Origin: a virus
Strand: one strand, 5' to 3'
IMG/VR virus record: IMGVR_UViG_3300023094_000009
Coordinates: 77,285 to 141,284 of that record
DNA length: 64,000 nt
The position numbers were made by a program, and so were the translations under genes. Below are positions 15,798-26,100 of the stretch, one piece after another. Position 1 is the first letter of the stretch, and every line of letters begins with the position of its first letter. The notes under the pieces are model-generated. The model worked only from the letters and a program-made list of their open reading frames with translations, made no database searches and had not been told where the DNA came from.

Positions 15798-16112
15798 ATG
15801 AAAGAAGAAAATTTGAAAACACTCAATGAAAAATACAACACTATTTTAAACGATTTTAAAACCTTCGCTGAAAATTATGAAGGTAAAAATCTTAGTGAAG
15901 ATTTCCAATCTGAGTTTAAGGAGCGGTACGACGATATTAGTTCTAGTTTTTCAGATATTATACGCAGACAAGTTAAAGTATCAAAAGAGGAGGGTGTTCA
16001 TGTTATAGAAAACCTTCCAATCTTAAAAAACATACACAGATTAAATAACATTCTTATGATGACATACGAAGCTTATTTAAAGGTCGCCTTCCATGAGAAG
16101 GCTGTAAACTAA
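15798..16112 (+). CDS. Hypothetical helical protein (104 aa)
   Basis: ORF with TATTTTTG promoter at 15766-15773. Confidence 0.65.
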   Translation: MKEENLKTLNEKYNTILNDFKTFAENYEGKNLSEDFQSEFKERYDDISSSFSDIIRRQVKVSKEEGVHVIENLPILKNIHRLNNILMMTYEAYLKVAFHEKAVN

Positions 16113-16304
16113 CTTAGGTGTCATAAAAACTCTCATAGGACTGTCTGATTCAATAAGCATCCTGTTCAAGCTAAATACCATATCTTGAATGCGTGTGTGC
16201 ATCAAGGTTTCTGGTGAATGTTTTGATTGTTGTTTTTTGATAAACTCTAAATGTTCTTCTGATTCGATTCCAACTGTGAATCTTTCAATATATTTTTCTT
16301 CCAT
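16077..16304 (-). CDS. Hypothetical protein (~75 aa), convergently overlapping the 104-aa gene
   Basis: ATG 16304 (MEEKYIERF...) preceded by A-rich leader; 36-bp tail-to-tail overlap. Confidence 0.45.
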   Translation of the reverse strand: MEEKYIERFTVGIESEEHLEFIKKQQSKHSPETLMHTRIQDMVFSLNRMLIESDSPMRVFMTPKLVYSLLMEGDL

Positions 16305-16348
16305 TTTTCGGCGAAATTCCGGCAAAAAACTGAAAAAACAACTTACGC

Positions 16349-16378
16349 GGTGCTTTTTAGTATATTAGTGCCAAAGGG
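16349..16378 (-). repeat. Right terminal inverted repeat
   Basis: GGTGCTTTTTAGTATATTAGTGCCAAAGGG, inverse of 10515-10544. Confidence 0.75.
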
Positions 16379-16399
16379 TTAATATAAATTTTGTTGATG

Positions 16400-16407
16400 C
16401 AAAGATA
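16400..16407 (-). promoter_or_regulatory. -7 promoter box TATCTTTG, probably the native promoter of the 1885-aa gene
   Basis: Perfect consensus, 21 bp outside the right inverted repeat, pointing into the element. Confidence 0.65.
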
Positions 16408-16449
16408 TGTATTTATCTTTGATGTGGTTGTTAATGAAATGTTATTTGT

Positions 16450-19317
16450 TTACTCTACTATAAATAAATTTTCCAAATACTTAGAAAATAATTCTTCTTT
16501 AATTTGCTTCGACTTTCCGTATATTTCAGGAACGTCCCCACTGACGGATAGAATCTCTTTACCTGTATCACCAATAGAAATTTCTTGTCCTTGGCTGTTT
16601 TTCATTACATAATGGTAAGTTTCACTACCTTCGATAGGCTTTACGTAAAACTTAGTATTACCGTCATAGAAGTTGTAAACGAGTGTATTGAGTTGTTGTA
16701 AGGCTTGTGGATTATTTGATGCTTGTCTCTGTGCCTCTTGAATATTATTAGTCAACAATGCGCTTGGCTTAGAATTCCTGCTGTCGCCTTTTGGGTAATT
16801 GGTGTACCCACTGGCACCCAACTCAATACTACCTGCCCTCTCTTTAAGAGTTGTGTTATATGGAGAGTTGTAATAGTCTGCTGCATTTATACCTAATTCC
16901 TTTGAAGTAAACATCAATGGAGTTGTACCATCTTTCATTGTAACTTTTTGCTTAACAGTCTTTTTTTCTTGACCTGTTCCAGTGGTTACATCTGTCCACA
17001 AAGTCCAATTATCCGTAACTCTCCCATCTTTTATTTCTGGATATAATTGAGGGATTCCTTTCGTATCAATTGCGTATTTGGTGGATATTAGTTTTTCTGT
17101 CTTAGATCCTGGTTGTATGTTTAGCGGTGTGTAACTTAATTCTACCGATTTATTAGCCATAGCCACAGAGGTCAGTCTGTTTACTGCTGACAATCTGGTA
17201 TTTAGTGTACCTCCTACATCACCCCATCCATCAGTCCACCCCAGACCTGATAGTTCTGTGTCTTGCGTGAATAGTGTTCCATACTCAGGATTATCACCAT
17301 TATCTCCTATCATATCTCCTCCGTACCCGTTCAAGCCAGATTCTTCTTTGGGAGGTAAGTATCTGCTTACAGCTGGCATTGTATTTACAGCTTTAACTCC
17401 TAATTTTTTTACAACCTCCTCCTGTAAAGAAGCATACATCTGTTGCTTTTGCCATGTCCCCGCTTTTACACCTTTATCTGATATAATACCTTTGGTTGTA
17501 TAAGTTTTCAAGGTCATTTCCTCTTCAGGAGTTAATTTCAATCCTTTGGTGGATTTGTACATGAGAAGTTTGTAATTGGATGTTTTTGCGCCTGGCATTA
17601 TTCCATCCTTATATATGTAATTTCCATTAGAGGATTTTTCAAAATAGAAATTCTCTTTGGTAAAGTTCAATCTTCTTTGCTGATCCCCACTTTCACTATA
17701 ATGCTTAACTAAATCAGCTGTTGTTGCATCTATCAGTTTAGTATATTCCTCCCTTGCCTTTCTTGTAGGGGCAGAACCATCTATCATTGTTTTTTTGAAG
17801 TTATCCAATGCAGTATAGACCTGTGCCCTATTCTGGTCATTTATGGTTATTTTTTTACCTGCAATTTCTATTTCTTGCAGAGTTCCAATATCTACATTTG
17901 TAAGATCCTGTACTAATTTCGCGGTGTTACCTTTACCCATAATGCCTCCAACCAAGTCATTCACGCCTTTGACAGCTTCTCTTTGAAATTCTGCCTCTCG
18001 TTGAGTTTGACTGTATTCCCCCCTTTCTTCACTTCCTATCACTTCAGAGGCTCCATATTGTATGTCACCTAAGTTTACTCCTGTGGCATTAGGATCAGCA
18101 AGAGTTCCGTCTTGCATTGCTTTTATCATATTAAGCTCTAGTTGTTGAGATCGTATCAACAATCCTTCTCTGCCCTGTTGCTCCATTTCTTGGGCATGTC
18201 TGACACTCTCTTCATACTTTCGTATATTGAGTTTTACATCTTCAACCTTAGTTTCCGTTATTCGGGGAGGTTGATAATTCAATGAAGTGAGATTTTCAAA
18301 TTCTACTTCCCTGTTAAATGTTTTGTATACATTTTGATATTTGACTGGATCTACAAATCCATTTTGGTCTATTACTTCACTGTCAAAGTTCCTTGTCTTG
18401 TTATTTTCAAGGGTCTGTGTCAATTCAGCTATTCTGCTCTGTACTTCTTGCTTGTCCCTTCCTTCAGGTAGTTTTCTCAACTCGCCTTCTAAAATATCTT
18501 TTTCCTGAGAAAGGCTTTTATTCAGATTATCATAGAGGCTGTTATAGTTATTTCGTAGGTTATCTACCACCATAGGATTGCTTTCATCGCCATACTTAGC
18601 CCAAGCATTTATATCCATTTGTCTTACCCCATCTTCTCCTATCTGAGCTAAAACAGCTTGTTTTAATCGGTTTTTATCTGTTGTTCCTTCATAGGTGTTT
18701 ACATAGTCGAAATAATAACCTCCATCTGCTCTTTGTACATATTTTGCATTGATACCTAAATTCTTCAAAGATTCTTGGAAGCTTTTATCCATCAATTTCT
18801 TAGGGTTATCAGAATAGGCAATAAAACCACCTCCGCCATTATATACAGCATTGGGATCTGTTGAATTCATGTAATCGTTCCATCCCTGTGAGGCATAAGC
18901 AAAGTTGACATCACTGTAACTTCCATCATTCTTTTTTCTTGCTTCCTGCCATTGAGGGACTTCCCCTTTATTTCTTAAAGCGGTTGATGCTACACCATTA
19001 TAAACCCTTTCATCAATACTTTCTTTCAGTTTTGACGTGAGTTGGTTCATGAGGGCTGGGTTTGATATGTCTCCTCCAGCAAATTGGTTTACGATATTGA
19101 CAGTTTGTTGTAGCCTTTCTTGGAAGTATTGTTTATCTATTGGTCTGGCAACTTCAATATCCAAGGCTAATTCTTCTTGCAAAGAAAGGAGTTTTTCTCT
19201 ATTTTCATTAACCTGTCCCTGCATTGAAGCCATCCCAAGCCTTAAAAGCTCCTTGTTACCAAAATGGAATAGCGGAATGCCACTGTAATTATTTAATGTT
19301 GAAACACTACTTGCCAT
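16450..19317 (-). CDS. Virion cargo protein (955 aa)
   Basis: Cys-free, helical N-terminus, position among crAss-like internal proteins. Confidence 0.75.
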   Translation of the reverse strand: MASSVSTLNNYSGIPLFHFGNKELLRLGMASMQGQVNENREKLLSLQEELALDIEVARPIDKQYFQERLQQTVNIVNQFAGGDISNPALMNQLTSKLKESIDERVYNGVASTALRNKGEVPQWQEARKKNDGSYSDVNFAYASQGWNDYMNSTDPNAVYNGGGGFIAYSDNPKKLMDKSFQESLKNLGINAKYVQRADGGYYFDYVNTYEGTTDKNRLKQAVLAQIGEDGVRQMDINAWAKYGDESNPMVVDNLRNNYNSLYDNLNKSLSQEKDILEGELRKLPEGRDKQEVQSRIAELTQTLENNKTRNFDSEVIDQNGFVDPVKYQNVYKTFNREVEFENLTSLNYQPPRITETKVEDVKLNIRKYEESVRHAQEMEQQGREGLLIRSQQLELNMIKAMQDGTLADPNATGVNLGDIQYGASEVIGSEERGEYSQTQREAEFQREAVKGVNDLVGGIMGKGNTAKLVQDLTNVDIGTLQEIEIAGKKITINDQNRAQVYTALDNFKKTMIDGSAPTRKAREEYTKLIDATTADLVKHYSESGDQQRRLNFTKENFYFEKSSNGNYIYKDGIMPGAKTSNYKLLMYKSTKGLKLTPEEEMTLKTYTTKGIISDKGVKAGTWQKQQMYASLQEEVVKKLGVKAVNTMPAVSRYLPPKEESGLNGYGGDMIGDNGDNPEYGTLFTQDTELSGLGWTDGWGDVGGTLNTRLSAVNRLTSVAMANKSVELSYTPLNIQPGSKTEKLISTKYAIDTKGIPQLYPEIKDGRVTDNWTLWTDVTTGTGQEKKTVKQKVTMKDGTTPLMFTSKELGINAADYYNSPYNTTLKERAGSIELGASGYTNYPKGDSRNSKPSALLTNNIQEAQRQASNNPQALQQLNTLVYNFYDGNTKFYVKPIEGSETYHYVMKNSQGQEISIGDTGKEILSVSGDVPEIYGKSKQIKEELFSKYLENLFIVE

Positions 19318-19392
19318 AGTTTGTTTTTGTAAGAGGTAAAATTAAGGTTTTCTAACTTTCTGTGCAAGAATATGTGTCAGTGGGTAATAAAA

Positions 19393-19422
19393 CAAAAAAG
19401 CCCCCGTTTTATTGGAGGCTTG
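19393..19422 (-). terminator. Rho-independent terminator
   Basis: AAGCCTCC-AATAAAAC-GGGGGCTT followed by T-run, right after the 712-aa gene. Confidence 0.75.
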
Positions 19423-19426
19423 TGGG

Positions 19427-21565
19427 TTATTGTTGACGTAAAACTCTTTCTGCGTAAGGGTTCACATTCCCTAGTTGAAACTGGTATTGAGGATCATAGT
19501 AGCTTCCTACCCCAAACATATCCAAAGAAACATCTGGATAGAGTGCATCAAGCCTGTTCATATCCATCACTTCCTGATAGTTATTAAGATTGATTGCCCT
19601 ATTAGCCATGAAGTAGTTATTTATGTCTTGTTGTGTATTACTTAGTCCCCTCAAAGCTCTTGCTTCATAGTTTAACCTGCTTTGAGTGTTGAATTGTTTT
19701 TCACTTGTATCCTGCCCGATATTGAATAATTCTGCGCTTGCAAAGTTTTGAGCATTCAATTGTGTAGCTTGTGTTATTGCATTTGATTCTGCTTGCTGAG
19801 AAGAAGCTACAACGTTGGCTAGAGTGGATGCTCTTTGAGAGGAAGGGAGAGAAGCTAGTTGTTGGGCTGCGAAATTTCTTTCCCTAGCTATATTCTGCAA
19901 CTGAGGCTCAATTCCCACCCTTACAGGATCAATTCTTTGCAGATCAATTGTAGCCAGACTTTCAGGTGACAATGCACTTGGAGGCGGTATCGAATCATCC
20001 GGCATGAAAAATCCTCGGGGTATTCTTGGTGCTGGTGTCCTTGCACCTGTAATATCATTTATAATTGGGTTTCCTTGTACATCTACCTGTGTTGACACAA
20101 CTGGTTCCTCTAGTTTTACCTGTGCTTGTAGCTGGTACTGCGCTATTGAGAAATCTGCCTCTGGCGGGAGGTTGGTGGAAAAGTCCTGAATCCTTGTCTG
20201 CGTCTCAGGAGAAAGTGTTTGAAGCACTTCTGGTCTTAATTGCTTGAGTGTTGTGATTCCTAGTTCTTTCAGTTTTTTAAGTTCCTCCGGTTTTACAAGG
20301 TTTACTCCAATAGAATAACGTCCTGAAGTAAAATCTCCAAGTTTCTGGTCGTAAGTACGGATACCTTTGTCAACTGTTGCATCCTGCGTAAAGGTTTCCT
20401 TTTGCAGATATCCTTGTGCCCTTTGCTTGTCCTGTGCTGAAAATCTTCCTGTCTGGTCTTCTGCAATCACTTTGGCACTTGTCTGCATCTGGTTGTTCAT
20501 GTCCTTCTGCAAGTCTCCAATCAACTGGTTCTGCTTATTGAGATTAATTCCCTTTTTCAAGCTTGGTTGTCCATTTTCTGAAAACTCTACCAAACCTTTA
20601 TATTCTGGTTTTTGAAGAATTGTAGGAAAGTTTGAATAAAGATACTGGATAGCCTGATTTGCTTCTACAATCCCATAGGCAGATGTATTTGCGCTCTGCT
20701 TATTTCGTGTGTTGTCAGCATAAGCGTTATCATTGTAGAAGGTTGTATAAGGAACTGTACCTCCACCCTGATACTTCTTGATCAATCCTTTTCCTACCAA
20801 ATGATCATAAGTCTTTCTTGGAGTCCATCCATATTTTGACGACAAATCATTTATTGTCTTCACTGTTCCTCCCAATTCAAATATTTCAGGTTGTGTAAGC
20901 TCATCTGGGTTTTGTTCAATGCTTACAGCTTCCTGTATAGTAGCATCTTCCGGTTGGTCTAAAAGTTCTTCTGGTACTTGATTTGGTTCAGCTACGTATT
21001 CTGTATCGATTGGTTTTCCTTTTTTAGCTTTTTCCTGCGAAGCAAACATTTCTGAAAACATTCCCTGCATAGCCTGATCCTTAACCTGCTTTTGCTTGGA
21101 TAATTCGTCTATCTGCTTTGTTATGTAAGAAGTATTTAGCTTGTAAGTTGCTTCGTCAATCTTAGGATTATCTATTTGTTTCTTCAATGAACTGAATGAA
21201 TCTTCAAGTTCTGTGAGGATTTTTGAGAGTCCGATCTTACGGGCATACTTGTCCATTACATCAGCGTAAGTATCTGTTGTTTTTACATTGGAGAGGTTGT
21301 AGTCTTCTTTCAGTTTTTTTACGTCCGATTTTTTTATTGTCGCGTTTTTAGTGTCTGAAAGGATGGAAGTCATTCCCGGCAAGATAAGATTCACTCCACC
21401 TCTTTTATGCTTCTCACCTAAAACTTGCAATACGCTCCCATCAGGTGTCATGACATATTCCCCACCTTCTGCATTTACATTTGGCTGGATTCCAACTCTA
21501 GGATCTAACTCTGAAATAAATCCTTCTGTCAGTAATTTTTCTAATTGAGGTTTCTTTCTTTCCAT
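19427..21565 (-). CDS. crAss-like internal cargo protein (712 aa)
   Basis: N-terminal NAEGGE...GEKHKRGGV motif of the EVEGGE...HExGGV type recalled from crAss-like cargo proteins; Q/A-rich C-terminus. Confidence 0.75.
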   Translation of the reverse strand: MERKKPQLEKLLTEGFISELDPRVGIQPNVNAEGGEYVMTPDGSVLQVLGEKHKRGGVNLILPGMTSILSDTKNATIKKSDVKKLKEDYNLSNVKTTDTYADVMDKYARKIGLSKILTELEDSFSSLKKQIDNPKIDEATYKLNTSYITKQIDELSKQKQVKDQAMQGMFSEMFASQEKAKKGKPIDTEYVAEPNQVPEELLDQPEDATIQEAVSIEQNPDELTQPEIFELGGTVKTINDLSSKYGWTPRKTYDHLVGKGLIKKYQGGGTVPYTTFYNDNAYADNTRNKQSANTSAYGIVEANQAIQYLYSNFPTILQKPEYKGLVEFSENGQPSLKKGINLNKQNQLIGDLQKDMNNQMQTSAKVIAEDQTGRFSAQDKQRAQGYLQKETFTQDATVDKGIRTYDQKLGDFTSGRYSIGVNLVKPEELKKLKELGITTLKQLRPEVLQTLSPETQTRIQDFSTNLPPEADFSIAQYQLQAQVKLEEPVVSTQVDVQGNPIINDITGARTPAPRIPRGFFMPDDSIPPPSALSPESLATIDLQRIDPVRVGIEPQLQNIARERNFAAQQLASLPSSQRASTLANVVASSQQAESNAITQATQLNAQNFASAELFNIGQDTSEKQFNTQSRLNYEARALRGLSNTQQDINNYFMANRAINLNNYQEVMDMNRLDALYPDVSLDMFGVGSYYDPQYQFQLGNVNPYAERVLRQQ

Positions 21566-22272
21566 TACATTGTTCCCCCTAAGTAGTTCGTATTCATGTA
21601 TTGCATTTGAGGGGTATAAAGTCTCAAAGCCATTTGTCTTCTTGCTTCTTCTGTTGCCCTTCCTGTTTGTTTTGCGTTTGCAAGTCCTGACAAGAAAGTC
21701 CTTCCTGCTCCAAGTCCAAGAGCTGTTGCTGAGGAAGCAACTCCAAGCCCTCTCCCTGTTGTTCCTCTTGGTGTCCCTATGAAGTTACCCAAACTGTACA
21801 AATCTGTTTGCAGGTTGCTTCCATAAGGGTTAAAGAAAGGCATCATTTGCCCGAAGAGGTTATTTTGTTCTGTGGATTGTTGTTCCCACGAATTCGGTGC
21901 AAGTGTAGTGTTTTCAGCTGTTGTTGGAGTATAAGTTTGATTCCATACATCCTGTACAGATCTGGGTTGAAGCCTCATTTCTTCTTCCATGGCAACAGGG
22001 GGAGTGTAAGTTGTCGCATAAGCGGGGTCTTGACTCATTCCTGTATTATTTGGGAGTGCCATTTCACTTGTGATGCCTGTTACACTCTGCGGAGCATTCA
22101 TGTTTATCTGAGGCTGATTTGTAGCCATTGTAGGATTGTACATCACAGGGGGAGTGTACATGGGATTGTAGGGGACTTGTTGTGTCATTGCTTGTCTACG
22201 TTGATTGTAGACTGCTTCCGAGATAAATCCCTGATCGTATTGTTCCTGTAAAAGTCTTAGTTGTTCTTCCAT
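21565..22272 (-). CDS. Low-complexity Q/M/P-rich virion protein with amphipathic C-terminus
   Basis: Coupled ORF; GLGVASSATALGLGAG segment. Confidence 0.7.
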   Translation of the reverse strand: MEEQLRLLQEQYDQGFISEAVYNQRRQAMTQQVPYNPMYTPPVMYNPTMATNQPQINMNAPQSVTGITSEMALPNNTGMSQDPAYATTYTPPVAMEEEMRLQPRSVQDVWNQTYTPTTAENTTLAPNSWEQQSTEQNNLFGQMMPFFNPYGSNLQTDLYSLGNFIGTPRGTTGRGLGVASSATALGLGAGRTFLSGLANAKQTGRATEEARRQMALRLYTPQMQYMNTNYLGGTM

Positions 22273-22273
22273 T

Positions 22274-23131
22274 TTATTCTTGTTTTAATTCTTGAAAAAT
22301 ACTTGGCATTTGAGGAAGGGAGGTTTGTACATTTATTTCCCCGATCTGTGGAATATTTTCTCCATTGTTTTGTTGTCCTTTTGCGTATTGTGCTAAATAT
22401 TGATTCTCTTCTTCTGAAGCCTGAAATACTTTTGCAAACTCCTGCTCTATTTGTTTTTCCCTTGTTTTCTCTGCTTGCGCTTCTTTCAGTTCGTTTCTTG
22501 CCTCGCTTTTCTCTTCTTTCTCCGCCCCGATAATTGATTTCTCTAATTCCTTAGTTGAAAATTCTTGTAGTGGCAGAATATTTGCCATGTCATAAGATTG
22601 TTCAACCTCTAAACCATGAGTATGTCCATCTCCTTCAAAATGCCCCATATCTTTCATATCCTGCGTTATGGGTTGACCTGTTTCAATCAATTGTTTGTAG
22701 GAATAAACAGGAGCGATGTTATCAATGTTAGCATACCTTTCCTTTACTTTCTTTGAATACCTTGAATCGGTTCCTACATGGAAATGAGCACCTGTTGCAC
22801 CTGTTTTCTCCATGATTGCAGGATCTGTTTCATCTATTATACCCAAATTATACTTTACTAGAAGTCCTAACCCTTCTGGTGTATTCATGAGGTAGGCATA
22901 GTCTTCTGTATGTGTGGCTGAAATGTCAAATGCCTCACCTTTTACATGCTTCGATTTGCTTCCTGCATTCCCCGCTCTTCCTGCTGGTCTTCTGCCACTT
23001 GTAAGGGTCAGGGTTTTTCCTGTTATATCCGTATATTCCTGCAAAAAACCTTGAACATTGGGAGCCAGTGCATTGTAATATTGCTTGTAAATTATTGAAG
23101 CATCCTTGACTCGTGTTTTTTCATTAGGCAT
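22274..23131 (-). CDS. Peptidase M15 (LAS Zn-metallopeptidase), virion-associated peptidoglycan hydrolase
   Basis: TSGRR, SKHVKGEAFD (HxxxxxxD) and HFHV (HxH) motifs. Confidence 0.85.
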   Translation of the reverse strand: MPNEKTRVKDASIIYKQYYNALAPNVQGFLQEYTDITGKTLTLTSGRRPAGRAGNAGSKSKHVKGEAFDISATHTEDYAYLMNTPEGLGLLVKYNLGIIDETDPAIMEKTGATGAHFHVGTDSRYSKKVKERYANIDNIAPVYSYKQLIETGQPITQDMKDMGHFEGDGHTHGLEVEQSYDMANILPLQEFSTKELEKSIIGAEKEEKSEARNELKEAQAEKTREKQIEQEFAKVFQASEEENQYLAQYAKGQQNNGENIPQIGEINVQTSLPQMPSIFQELKQE

Positions 23132-26100
23132 AGAAATCTCTATTAGTTATTCCAATTCGATAAAACATCTTGTATTGTGAAAACTCATCTTGTACAAGTC
23201 TGCTCAGGAAGTAATCCCCTCTCAACCTGTCTTTCCAATAAGTGTCATATTCCATGGCATCAGGATTCAATGTCTTGTTGATTTGAACATTATCATTAAT
23301 CCAGATCGGGAATCCTGACCTCTCATTTTTCACATGATTGTAGATGTAGTTAAAACTCCATCTTCCCTCAATTTCACTTTGCAGGATATCAGTTGCATCA
23401 GTATTTTGTTTAGGAAATTCGTCCCACTGGCTCATGTCATTTTCTTTCTCAATTGTAAGGTTTAACTGCCCTGTGTTTTGAAAGGAATTGTAAATATAAG
23501 CTTTATTGAAACCTTTATCAACTATATCAGCAAAATCATAATAATTGTAATACCTTCTCACCTGCAAATAAAATTCCATACTTTCAAATAGGGAATTTGT
23601 TGCATTAGTCTGTGAAGAGGTTTCTACAATAAAAGGATACAGACTGCCATAAAAAACTTGATATGAGTTGAACAAGGGGTGGTGTGTCCATAGTCCATTA
23701 TCTAATCCTGTGCTGTTAACTCCTGTCTGGAAATAATCCGTATATGAATTGTAGTAATTCGGGGTAAAAGAATAATAAGAAATCCATGTTTTAGTTATAG
23801 GTGAGTATGCCACTGTCCAGTGAGCTTTTTCAAAATAATCTTCATTCTCAAAGGATATTTGAGTGTAGTTTACTGGTGCAAAAACCTCCCTTGTGCATAT
23901 GTCGCAAACTTCATCTCCAACAGGTGTGAACCCTTCTGGGCATTCATAAACCACTTCTTCAAAAAATTCATCTTCAAACTCCGTGGAGTATATGTAGTTC
24001 AAGTCAGAGTAGCTTGTTGCATCTCTTAGTTCTTGTGCTGTGTTGTTTAAAATGGCTCCTCCAAACATTGCATCGGATCCTTGGTTAAGTCCTTCCAAAG
24101 TTACAATGTGACAACCTTCTGTCAGTCTATATGGATATATATGCACCTGACGAAATGTTTGTGCCAGATAGGCTCCGGGAGAACCAGTATGTTGAGGGCC
24201 AATTGCGGTTGCATCTGAGGTGAGGATAACAACTCCATCTACACTGAATCTGAATAGGTTGTCTGCTGCTAGAATTACGTAGTAGGTTTTAGTTTCTGGT
24301 ACATCAATCAAGGTAGATCCTCCATACCATACATTTAAGTCATAGGCTCCATCCACCCATTTTCCAAACTTAGTGGTGAGCCTGTTGGCTACAACTCCAC
24401 TTCCTGTCCAAAATAATTCAGGTAAAACTTCAAATGTGAATCCTGTTGGAGACATTACATTTACATTTGCTGTTCCATTTGAATTGTAAACTGAATATAG
24501 GGCAGGTTGTTGCATCCCATGCGCTGAATTACCAGCGTTTATGAGTGGAAATCCTTCACCTATTTGTATCTTTTCTGATTCTTCAACCATAACACATTGT
24601 CCATCAATCAAGGTATATCCTTCTGGACAAGATATCTCTCCTTCATAGAATCCCAATTCCTCCGAATAGTTTAAATCCTTTACTTTTGGAATGTAATCAA
24701 GCTTTGTAAGGAAAACCCTTTTTAGCCTGTCATCCCATCCCAAGGAAAGTCCAAGTCCTGCATAAGCCCTGTCCACATTTACTTGTGGGTAAGTTTGAAG
24801 GATTTTGAAGGGTAGATGTTCCTTGAACCATTTGTCCAAGCTAATGGAAATTTCAGGCATTTCTTTGGCATTAGGTGAAAGTTCAAAAACTTTTCCTCTT
24901 TTAGCGTCTGCCCAATAGTGTCCGAAGGGTGTACTCGTTATTGCCTTGTGCTGTGTTCCTCCATAACCTAAATCAGTCTTGTTAAAGTTTAATGCTCTTT
25001 CTACAAATATCCCTCCTATTCCAAGCTGTGAATTTGTTGATGTAAGCCTGTCTCGCAATTGGTCAACTGCTCCAAGGATGGATATTCCATCTGTAAATCT
25101 GAATAATATTTGCTCAGATTCAATTCCCCTCACATCAATTAAAGTTCCGTATTCATTGCTGAATCTGTAAAAGTCTAGAGCCTTGTAATTTAACCAAGGA
25201 CTTCTTGTAAGGGAGTTGTCATTGTCCTGTTGAGAGTATATAACAGCATTACTCAAGTCATCTTTTTTATCCCACAACTCCTTGCTATAATTTACAGGTA
25301 GCAGATCAGATAATTTTCTATGCACTCTGGATGAGAATATTCTGTTGTATCTGAATGTTTCTTTTTCGCGAATTGAAAACCTGTCTTCCTGAAGCCAATC
25401 AAGTGTATCATCAGCATTCGGATAGAAGTTTTCATGTTCTTCCACGCCTGCATACCTGTTCCAGCAATTCACTTCACTTTCCACCAAAAAGTATGGACAT
25501 CCAAAATAGTTGACAAGAAACTTGTTGTCATCCTTTATGTAGAATTCATTGTTATTGTTTTCCGTTACCCATTGACTGCCGTCCCATAAGCTATAAGCAC
25601 TCTTGATGTCAGGAAAGAGTAAGCCGGAAGCCGAGAAGGTGTCTTCTGCTGTCTTGAAATCTATGAATCCCCTCCCTATGTTGAATCCTGTATTAATGTT
25701 GAAATAACTTGAATACTTGAAGGGGGTGTCAAATTGTTGCTTGTAAGCTGTTTCTGTAAAGAATGGGAATTTCCTTACAACAGAGTGTCTTGTAATGTAG
25801 GTGTCTCCTCCATAAATGATTTCGCATTCATTGTCCTGATCTAAAACTCCACAATATCCTGTGTTGAGCCATGAAATGCTGTTTACTTCTCCATATTGGT
25901 TTGGAGTGTATTGCTTCATTGTCCCATAAGGAGAGTATGTATTTAATGTGTAAACACCTAGTTTTCCTGTTTCCTGTGTTGGAATATTTAATCTAGAGGT
26001 ATCATTGAATGAATAGTTGAAAGGATAGATGTCCTGTGTTTTGAAGAACACTGCTTTCTCTCTTTGAAAGTTGTTTACAAAGTATCTTGTTCCTGTTGTT

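Larger units (their letters stand above)
10515..16378. mobile_element. IS1595-family transposon with passenger genes (~5.9 kb)
   Basis: 30-bp imperfect inverted repeats at 10515-10544 and 16349-16378 (24/30 identical), internal IS1595 transposase, mixed-strand non-virion genes interrupting a uniform minus-strand operon. Confidence 0.75.

Noticed and set aside
10507-16386. 8-bp target-site duplication for the IS1595 element
   Set aside because: Flanks do not match whether the ends are set at CCC or at GG.
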